DNA of 64,000 nt from assembly GCA_026936335.1 (NCBI GenBank), contig JAPMXV010000072.1, positions 124,001-188,000 of the forward strand, read 5' to 3'. Of this stretch, positions 47,501 through 56,712 are shown in pieces (within the stretch, counting starts at the first letter, position 1; every line of letters begins with the position of its first letter). The translations under genes were made by a program, and so were the position numbers. The notes below the pieces were generated by a model. It ran no database searches and had not been told where the DNA came from. It saw nothing but the letters and a program-made list of their open reading frames with translations. The stretch comes from Mantamonas sphyraenae STR306 (taxonomy: Eukaryota > Protista > CRuMs).

Positions 47501-47969
47501 GAGTGTGGGTGTGGATGGTGAGGGGGAGAGTGGACAACAGGAGGAGCAGCAGCCAAAGAGGCTGACCAAGGCTGAGCAGGCAAGGTTGGAGGCACTGCAG
47601 GCATTTGGTGGAGCTGGGCTGGAGTCGCTGGAGGTGACAAGCACAAAGAGTGTGGGTGTGGATGGTGAGGGAGAGAGTGGACAACAGGAGGAACAGCAGC
47701 CAAAGAGGTTGACCAAGGCTGAGCAGGCAAGGTTGGAGGCACTGCAGGCATTTGGTGGAGCTGGGCTGGAGTCGCTGGAGGTGACAAGCACAAAGAGTGT
47801 GGGTGTGGATGGTGAGGGGGAGAGTGGAAAACAGGAGGAGCAGCAGCCAAAGAGGCTGACCAAGGCTGAGCAGGCAAGGTTGGAGGCACTGCAGGCATTT
47901 GGTGGAGTCAGTCTCGACGCACTCGAGATCGTCAGCATCTCTCAGGACGAGGAGGAAATTCACGAATGA
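44585..47969 (+). CDS. Glu/Gly-rich repetitive protein with two repeat families; +1 G indel at 46639-46644
   Basis: ORFs 44585-46693 and 46620-47969 encode the same repeat; start could be 44585 or 44630. Confidence 0.75.
44863..45820 (+). repeat. About 5 dispersed copies of a ~33-aa basic motif (KLKPVxGIKGxSGLGGAKRKNKxTKEVEERGV) separated by acidic spacers
   Basis: Copies near 44863, 45080, 45300, 45540 and a degenerate one near 45765. Confidence 0.85.
46234..47907 (+). repeat. 147-bp (49-aa) coding tandem array, 11 full units plus 1 partial
   Basis: Unit KRLTKAEQARLEALQAFGGAGLESLEVTSTKSVGVDGEGESGQQEEQQP; period from 46381 to 46528 is 147 bp; units near-identical. Confidence 0.95.
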
Positions 47970-47985
47970 TCACCCTGTGATCAAA

Positions 47986-49392
47986 TCAAAGGTACATTGC
48001 ATCGTCTGCACCCAACTGCTGCACTCCATCCTGCACAACCTGCAGCTTCTGCTTGAGCACATCCAGGGCGCGCTCGACAATCAACGCCGGATCCAACGCC
48101 CCGCTCGATTCCACGTAAAACACAAACCGCTCCTGCGAGGCTTCAATCTTGACCAAATCGGGTTGTTCAATGGCCTTTGCCAGATGCACGCACTCGTCGC
48201 AGTACGTGCAGCCGCGTGCGTTGGTCACCTCGATCTTGCGCAGCTCGTCGTTGTATGCATAGACATTGGTGGGGCAGCTGTTGATAAACTGTTGCTTGTC
48301 ATCCTCAGACATGTTGCTCTGTACCGTGTCGTTGATGCGGATCTCCGGGTCAAACTGGTAGGTGGCCACCGTCACAGGAGACCACTTGGCGTGTTCCTTG
48401 CCCACGCTCTTGTGTGCGTATGCCGTCAGCTTGATGCGCTGGTTCTTGCGCAGCTTGGCCAACAGGATGCCTCCCTCTTCACCTTCGTGCTCCTGTGCAT
48501 ACAAAGAGAGAGAGTGTGAGTGTGTGTGAGTGAGCATCCGGAGCATCCTCCTCGCATCCTCTTCCCCCCCCACGGCAATCCCACCCTGCTCCTCTTTGCC
48601 ACTTCCTGCCTCCCGCCACACTTACCCTGTCCCACTGCGACCATGCAGGGTACGCCACGGGCTGGTCGTTGATCCCGTCCGAGACCTTGGGCACGAGCAT
48701 GTCGCTTGTGACCCGCATGTGCTCGTCGTCCTCACACTTGGCATCCATCTCCACCACCACTGTGCAGTTGTCGCATCCAGACACACAGCTGCATTCTGCT
48801 TTGTAGTTTAACTTATCCGCTGCGTTTACGCCGTCGCAAGCGTGGCAAAACACACAACCGCGCGCCGCGTCAGCCTCTTTGCTGCCCTCCGTCGCCTTTT
48901 GCACTCGCCACACACTCACCATTGGTCGACACAAACGGCACCAGCCCCAGCCGATGTGCCAGAAACTCGTCCACGAGCACTGTGGTGTGTGTATGTGTGT
49001 GTGCGTCGTCCACCGTGCTGCGTCAGCGTCCCGTCGTTGTCCCCTCGGGTGCCTTTTCCACCTGCGATCACCCTCGCAAAAACTCACCCGAGCTGTTGTG
49101 CTGGTACTTGACCAGGTCGATGGCAATGGTGGGCACCTCTGCAATCATGATACGGCGCAATGAGTTGGCCATGCTGCATCCATCCAATTGAACAGAGGGC
49201 GCGCCAAGCCGGTGTCAGCCTCAGTTTGCTCGAACACACAACCACTCACCTTTTTGCACACACACACACACACACACTGTGAACTCACCTCACGTCCGTC
49301 TTGCTCAGCACAAACCGGATCGAGTCCGACTTGAGCTCAAGGATCTCCACCTCGGGAGCACGTGAGAACTCGGTCGGGTTGTTGCTGCTCAT
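47986..49392 (-). CDS. POLR2C: RNA polymerase II subunit Rpb3 (5 exons)
   Basis: [44 protein letters not shown], Zn motif [36 protein letters not shown]. Confidence 0.96.
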
Positions 49393-49447
49393 CTGCTGGC
49401 TGCCTCCACCTGCGCTCCTTCGCCCAGCCAATCTCAAACTCGACACA

Positions 49448-50244
49448 ATGGTTCGTTTGTAGTTGCCACCACATGCACACCTTGCCCATGTGCACCACCC
49501 ATGTCCACCTTTCACATCCATGGCCCATGCATACACGTACGCACACATGTGCACGTGCAAGGCAGCCCCCCGTTGCTGGAGCCCTCGCTCCAAATTCGCC
49601 TTGCTCCCGCCAAGGCCCTTTCGGCCGCCCCGCCAGGCTTCCACACACGCCACAGATTCACAGCACCTGCAGCCATGCATGCAGCCTGGCTCTATGTACA
49701 TATACCCTGGCTTGCGTGTGGCCCTGTGTCTCGTGCTGCGTGTGCCGGGCTGCCTTTGCGTCAGGTGCATGCAACTTTTTCGCCCGCCAGCCACACTGCC
49801 AATGCCGCGTTTGCCGGCCGCGTCAGCCGTGCACACGCCCTGGCGTACCATGCGCACGCATGTGTGTGTGTGCCTCCCGTCTGCATCATCCTGCACCTGT
49901 CTCTATTCACCTGTGTTGTCCATCCCGGAGCTGCGGTGCACTTTAAGCCTCGCCTGCATGCCAGCCAATTTCGCTCACACCCTCCGTTTCTGCCTTCTCC
50001 CACCCTCGTCGACTGTGTCCCCGTGTGCCTCCCACAGCCCAAACAGATTACCGACATCAAGCAGTTCCTGACCATCTGCCGCCGCAAGGACACCCGCTCG
50101 GTCAAGATCAAGAAGACTGTGCGCGTCACCAAGTTCAAGGTGCGCACTTCTAAATATCTGTACACCTTCTGCGTCAAGGATGCCGACAAGGCCGAGAAGC
50201 TCAAGCAGTCTCTGCCGCCCAACGCCAAGGCCATCGATGTCTAA
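49448..50244 (+). CDS. RPL38: 60S ribosomal protein L38 (ATG-only first coding exon 49448-49450; exon 50038-50244)
   Basis: [47 protein letters not shown]; ATG|GTTCGT..CACAG|CCC. Confidence 0.96.
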
Positions 50245-50325
50245 ATGCAACACGGGTTGTGTCCATGTGTGTGTCCATTTTGTATGTGTGTGCGTGTGTG
50301 GGGTGTGTGCTTGCATGCTCCTCCC

Positions 50326-51117
50326 CTACTCGGTTGAACTCGCCTGTTTGGATGCCAGCTGCATCTTAAAGTCCTGGATCTGGCTGCGCATGTTGTAGTT
50401 GGGGATGATGGTCTTGTTGTCCAGGGTCTGGTTGGTCATGGGCGATGTGTCGTGGGTTTTGAGCCAGTCCTCAATGGCCGTCCGTTCGTACGTGTACCCA
50501 TCGCACAGGAACACAGGGTCGCTGTAAACTGTAAAGGCAATGGGACACACAAACGCATCGGGTGCCTCTTGGCTCAGCTGCTCCTCCAGGTCCTCGTTTG
50601 CGTTGGCCAGCGACTCGATCTTGATGCGCGTCAACCCGCTCACTGTTGTCGTCTCTGTCTCTGTCTCTGTCTCTGCTGTCGTCTCCACCTCCACCCCCGT
50701 GGTAGACGTGGCATTCACCACACGCAGCTGCACCCCTTTGCCGTTGTGCATGTCCTGGAAGGAGACGTCGTCCAGGAAGAGGTAGTCCTTGAAGGAGACG
50801 TCAAAGAACTGCAGTTCCGCATCCAGAGGCACCCCCAGCTGGCAGTTCAGTTCCGACTTGAGTTGGCCAACCCCAGCCACACTCACCGTCAGCTCGTATG
50901 CCTTTTCCTGGAACTCCACCGTCAGCGTGAGATCCTTGACCCCCTGGTCCTGCCTGGTCCATTCCGCAGGCTGCTCCACCTTTTTCTGCTGTGGATCGTA
51001 GCTTCCGCCGTACGAATAGCCGCCGTAGCTGCCATAGCCACCGTAGCTGCTGTATGAGTTCTGATTGGTCGTCTGCTGCGGCTGGTAGTACGACCCATAC
51101 TGGCCGTAGCTTGAATA

Positions 51118-51153
<36 letters not shown>

Positions 51154-52698
51154 CCTGTACGACGACACATAGCTGTTGTATCGGTTGTACTGCTGCCGCT
51201 TCAACCCTGCTTTGCCGTACTGACGCATATCCTTGGGCGGCTTCTCATGGTACTCCACCTCGATCACCTTGCCCGCAAGCGCCACGTGCTCATTCAGAGC
51301 CACCACAAAGCGACCCATGCGTGAGCAGTCTGTGAAACGGTCCATGAATGCCGGCGTCTGTACGGTGAGGGTCACCTCGCCGGCCTGGCCTGTGACGATC
51401 TGCGTGGGGGAATCCTCCACGTTGTTGCCCAGCCTGTCTGTGGAAAAGTGCAACTTGTGAAAGTGCACACGTGCACTGATGCCGTGGGAGAGCATGGTGC
51501 CCTCGACACCAAACTGGACCCCCTTGGGTGCATTGATGACCATGATCTGTGCACGCAGTGTGTTGACCGCAGCATCCTCTGTGCGATGCACACTTGCAGT
51601 CATCACCATACCCCGTGCCACCTCCCTCAGCGCTGTGTTGCCCAAACACATGCCCACATTCATGCCTGCCACCGCCCGGCTCACCGACTCGTTCCACACC
51701 TCCATCGACTTGACCACCTTGCGCAACCCCAGCGGCGCAAGCATCACATTGCTTCCCACATCCAACGAGCCCTGCAGCACAACCCCAGTGACCACGGTGC
51801 CCACCCCACCGATCTTCATCTTGTCATGGATCACCATGCGGAACGGTGCGTCCACCTCACGTTCCATGGGTTCCAACGCCGCAAACAGTTCGCTCAGCGT
51901 GGCGCCTTCATACCATGACACCGCACCTGTGTTCTCCGTCAGGTTGTCATACGTGAATGCCATGCGAAACTCCTTTTCGTCCTTGCTCGGGCGTCGGCAC
52001 TGCAGCACCGTCCACGTCTGCCGATCCTTCTTCACACCCACTTTGGTGGCGTACTTGGTCAGCTCCGCCTTTACCTCTCCGTACAACTTGGCCTCGGCCT
52101 CGTCCTCATTGCCGCTGACCACGTACGCAAACACAAAGTCACGCACCCCGAGCGCAAGCGCCATCGAGAGTTGTGCTCGAAGACCCTGCCGGCGGTCGTG
52201 TCCCACATCCGCCTGGATGAACGCCTTGGAACACACAACCAATGCCACATCCGTCTATTCCAGGACGGGTGGTCATGGAAGCAATGCATGGGCAGTGTCG
52301 TGCAAGGGAACAGCCAAGGGCGTGTGTGTGTGTGTGAGTGGGAAGCACCCGGGTGTGTGTTAAGCCAGCAATTCCGCGAAATTGCCTTTGCTGCCAAAAC
52401 CAGGCCGGAATGGGCAATGCCAACTCACAATACCCATCATACGTGCGCGGTTGCGTCGAGAGTTGCCCGGCACGTGGAACCATGTGCCTTTCTTCCCGCC
52501 AAAATCCAGCGGAAACGAGAAGAGGTCGCCTTTGGGATTGGTAAGGTCTCGATCAGCGTAGAGACGTCGGAACTGGGAATTGTCGTTTACCAGCGCCCCC
52601 AGAACCATTGTGCTCAAGTCATGCTCCCCCAACACACACGCGAGTATGTTATTGTCGTCTGCTTGGACCTCTGTGTTTTTGCCCGATCGAGTCGACAT
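50326..52698 (-). CDS. eEF1A-derived pseudo-GTPase fused to a prion-like tract, possible ubiquitin-like domain and U-box (exons 52698-52429, 52254-50326; 732 aa)
   Basis: Domain II REVDAPFRMVIHDKMKIGGVGTVVTG..VKSMEV..AGMNVG; domain III AQIMVINAP..MGRFVV; U-box FVCPIAFTVYSDPVFLCDGYTYERTAIEDWL..TSPMT..PNYNMRSQI. Confidence 0.85.
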
Positions 52699-52713
52699 GA
52701 CGGATTTCGAGTT

Positions 52714-54097
52714 TCAGCTGTGTGCGTTGGCGTCGCTCAGATCCGCCGCCGTCGTCTCTCCATGCACGTCGATCACACGTCCCGTCATGGCCACGCGTGA
52801 GTCATACTGGAGCACCATGCCCATGGTTGGTGAGACACTTGTCAACGGCTGCAGTGGCAGCAACTCCAACTCCAGCTGTCCGTCGTCATCACCCTGCTTG
52901 CCTTTTTCCACCCGTGTCACGCGTTCCACTCGCGTCGCCACATGGATCCCTCGCACATACAGTTGCACCTCGTGGCCCTCTTGCACGCCATTCCGCGGCT
53001 GCCAATGGACGTGCACACGCACGTCCAGAGTGAGCACCGCATCGCGTTGCATCACCTCCTTTCGCGTCCCGTGTGTGCTGTCGGGCACACGCACCGCCAT
53101 TCCTGACTCAACACGAGTCAGACCGTAGACCGCAGCGCCCACGTATGCGCCCGCCTCGCCTGTGGACAGTGTGTCGTCAAACACGTGGAAGGAGTCCACG
53201 TACGCCTGCATGCCGTTCCATCCGATCAACACGGACTTGGAAGGTGTCATCCTTCCCTGCAGGATTTTGCCAGAGACCACAGCACCGACGCCAGAGACGT
53301 TCATGCGATGGTTGATCACCAGCAGGAACGGAGCATCCACGGCTCGCTCAGGCACAGGGACTGCGTCGATGCACTCGATCAGACACTGTCCCATGTCGAC
53401 CCCTCCCGTGTCTCCTTTGCTGGGGTGGACGTTGACAAAGGGCATGGGAATGTCCTCAAACGCCCCTTTCAGTTGTTGCTTGACAAACAAGGGGCCGTCC
53501 AGCTGGATGGTGGTCCACTGGATGTCCAGGACTTCACCACACAGCGTACCCATGCGCTCCATGTATCCTTGCACCCGTATACGTGCACTCTCGCTGTCTT
53601 CCAGGCTCTCCTTCTGGCCCAAGGAGTAGGCAAAGACGAACGACCGGATCCCCAACGCCACCGCACGGAGCACCTGTGCGTGCATGGGCGAAACTTGCCC
53701 ATTGTCAATCTCAAAGTCCTTCTCATTGCGCAGCATGCCCAGCACCACAATGGCAGCGTCACTCTGTGAGGGGGGAAGGGGGGGGAAGGGGGGGGGTCAG
53801 TGGAGAGGAGTGACACAAAACGCAAACACACCACCACGCACTCACCATGGCCAACATGCGACTTTGGTTTTTGACAGACACGCGCGACTGTGCACTGAGA
53901 TCAAACACAGTGACACGCCGTGTGCCTGTGTGCAATTGGAAGGCGTGGAGGTGGTGATGTGTCTCCATCGACGCCGCACTCTTGACACGCGCCCGCACGT
54001 CACCCAAAGCACAACACAACACCTCTGTCTTTCCCACCCCTGGCGAACCCAACATGCACAGAGTGAGGGCCTCGCTGCGATCCTCCGTGGATGACAT
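52714..54097 (-). CDS. Second eEF1A-derived degenerate GTPase (exons 54097-53846, 53763-52714; 433 aa)
   Basis: P-loop GSPGVGKT; VTVFD; DAAIVV; AVALGIRSFVF; LIECIDAVPVPERAVDAPF..VSGVGAVVSGKILQG; AGAYVG; no NKxD. Confidence 0.8.
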
Positions 54098-54250
54098 TGC
54101 CTGTGGAGGGAAGTGTTCGGCCTTTTTTTGTTCAAATCAATCAATCGCAAGTTTCCTTGCATCCAACGGGGGCACCCGTGTGTCACAGCACAGCAGCCCA
54201 CACCATCACCACCCTATTCACACACACACACACCCTTCCCCGATTGGCTC

Positions 54251-55527
54251 TCAATCCGGTGATTGGTTGTCGCCAAAGGCAAAGTCGGATGGGTATTTGA
54301 GGACGGGAAACTCGTCCTCGAGCATGAGGGCACCCTTGCGGCCAAAGGCACAGCAGGAACGTGAGCGTTTGCTGTTGATGCCATCGTTGTGGTGTTGGAA
54401 CGGGTCGACGTGCAGCACGTAGCGTGTGTTTGCCCAGGCCTGGTAGAAGCGAAAGAGGGCGGCGTCGGAGATGTCACCCTCCAACACAGGCATGGCCACA
54501 ATGGTTTGATAGGTGGACACCACCTTGTGGACTTTGATGCGGTCCTTGCTGAACGTAAACGACACAAGCTCCTCGTCTGTTTCCGTCACCCTGTCCGCTT
54601 CCACAATCAACAGCGGCGCCAGCTTTTGGTTGTACTCACGGAAGGGCAGGATCTTTTGTACCACGTACCAATCGATGGTCGGGAACAATCCCACCCCACC
54701 GCCTTTGTACTTCATCAGGCACGGTCCCAACCCGTCCACCCAGCACGGTGCTCCCAGACGGCCCATGTACACAAACGAAAAGTCTTCCGGTCCCGTGTCC
54801 TCTGGTATCCTGTGGTGTGGTGTGGTGTGTTGTGTGGGTGTCAGACAGAGCCAGAGGCGGTGCCGGTGAGTGCCAGGGGCACGAAACGAGAGGGGGGATG
54901 CGATGGGCCGTTTGCTCAGCTCACCCGCAAAACCACCCCCCGCTCTGTGGACGGCGCCACAACGTACGATGTGACTTGGCGAAACACCTGCGTGTCGTCG
55001 TGGACTATTTGAAACTTGAGGCCGTCGGGGATGTTGCGGAACATGCTGACGCGCTGGTGCATGTCCTCCACGGCCACAACGGTCCTGGCCAGCAACTTGA
55101 GGCTGGTCTTGTGCGAGCGCAGCATGCCCTTCATGTTCCGCTTGCCACCCGTTGTCGTCTTGCCTTCCTCGCCCCGTGTCTGTGCATGCCCTACCCCGCT
55201 GCTGCTGTTGCTACTGTTGCTTGCCTCCTCTGCAAGCAGCTCCTCCGACTCTTCGTCCCTCAGCGGCGCGATCTGCGTCAGCTCCACGCGGCTCTTTTTC
55301 TTCTTTTTGCGCTTCTTCTTCTCCTCCTTCATCATCCGCCGATGCTCCTCCATCGGAGACCCGGGCACCACGATGGACGACGTCGACATGGGTCCTTCCT
55401 CTGTTGTCACACGTCGTTTGCCCAAACCCTCCTTTGGACTTGTGTTGCCTCCATCAGTGTGCCTGTGTAGGATGCCTGGGACACTTCCTTCGTTTCGTGC
55501 GCCCTCATTCTTGGTTTCCATTTGCAT
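54251..55527 (-). CDS. Uncharacterised protein (2 exons, intron about 54924-54810; junction phase ambiguous)
   Basis: ORFs 54916-55557 and 54251-54772 are separated by GTGAGC..CACAG; poly-Lys NLS-like tract; no family recognised. Confidence 0.55.
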
Positions 55528-55586
55528 TCCCCACTTTCTCCCGTTTGCTCGATTCAATCACTCACTGCTCACTCCTGCAGAACCAA

Positions 55587-56678
55587 ATGAACCTCTCGGC
55601 GGCTGCATTTGGCCTTGCACTGTCCCTTTGCCTGCTCTGCGTCTGCATCCCATCCGCACGGGTCATGGCCGTGTCGCATGGCAACGACGACGCGCCCGTG
55701 GACGTGTTTAGCGCGGGTGAACACGGGTACTCGTGCATCAAAATTCCTGACTTGCTCGTAACCAAAAACGGCACCCTGCTGGCGTGGGGAGAGGCACGTG
55801 TGGGCAACTGTTCCGACCACACAAAGACAGATCTGGTGTTGAAGCGCAGTGAGGACCAGGGAGCCACGTGGAGCACCCTTCAGGTGTTCCACGCCCACGA
55901 CACAGACACCATCGGCAACGCCGCCCCCGTCCAGTCCAGCGTCACACGACGCATCCTCGTACCCTTCACTTCCAACAACCGGGTTGTATTTATCAAACAC
56001 AGCGACGACGACGGTGTCACGTGGAGCGCTGCACGTGCGCTGCCCAACGTGGTTCCCAGCGACTGGAAGTGGATCGGATTGGGACCTCCAGCTGGTCTGG
56101 AGCTCACCTCTGGCCGTTTGCTCATCCCATGCTACCATGTGTGGGAATACCATGGCGACGGCGAGCTTTCAAACGGCCATGTCATGCTCAGTGACGATTA
56201 CGGCGACAGCTGGAGGCTTGGAGGACGCTTCGAGAGCCCCGAGCTCTCCAACGAGTGCCAAGCTGTCGATCTGGGCAACAACACGGTCATGATCAACGCA
56301 CGTTCCTTTGCCACCCACAGACTGCAGGTGTTCAGCACCGATGGTGGAGAGACATGGGGCAAGGAGGAGTACGCCCCGGATCTGCGCGAGCCTTTCCAGG
56401 GCTGTGAAGGCTCCACCATCTCTCACCGTGGGAGGCTGCTCATCTCATTGCCATCTCCCGACCATTGGACGGTGTATCGGTACAACCTGACCGTCCACGA
56501 GTCCCATGACCGCGGGCAATCGTGGAATCCCGTGCTCGTGGTCAACGAGGGTCCCTCTGCGTACAGCGCCATGCAGACACTGCCCAACGGCGCCGTGGGC
56601 ATCCTCTACGAACGAAGCACAGAAACCAAGATTGTGTTTGTGCCCCAACACATCTCCTTCCGCGTGCTCAACTTTTGA
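55587..56678 (+). CDS. Secreted GH33 sialidase-like protein
   Basis: Signal peptide; five Asp boxes (SEDQGATW, SDDDGVTW, SDDYGDSW, STDGGETW, SHDRGQSW); EAR..SD, NECQ, NARS, RYNL, SAYS. Confidence 0.92.
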   Translation: MNLSAAAFGLALSLCLLCVCIPSARVMAVSHGNDDAPVDVFSAGEHGYSCIKIPDLLVTKNGTLLAWGEARVGNCSDHTKTDLVLKRSEDQGATWSTLQVFHAHDTDTIGNAAPVQSSVTRRILVPFTSNNRVVFIKHSDDDGVTWSAARALPNVVPSDWKWIGLGPPAGLELTSGRLLIPCYHVWEYHGDGELSNGHVMLSDDYGDSWRLGGRFESPELSNECQAVDLGNNTVMINARSFATHRLQVFSTDGGETWGKEEYAPDLREPFQGCEGSTISHRGRLLISLPSPDHWTVYRYNLTVHESHDRGQSWNPVLVVNEGPSAYSAMQTLPNGAVGILYERSTETKIVFVPQHISFRVLNF

Positions 56679-56712
56679 TGATGATGATGATGAAGACAAC
56701 AACTACCCCTGT

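Noticed and set aside
46234-47907. Tandem array as a CRISPR array or non-coding satellite
   Set aside because: No unique spacers; the 147-bp unit is a multiple of 3 and keeps an open frame inside a gene
52714-52716. Selenocysteine or reassigned TGA
   Set aside because: TGA is the normal stop of many conserved genes here (DAD1, NECAP, TECR, PWP1); no SECIS-like element is visible after the U-box gene
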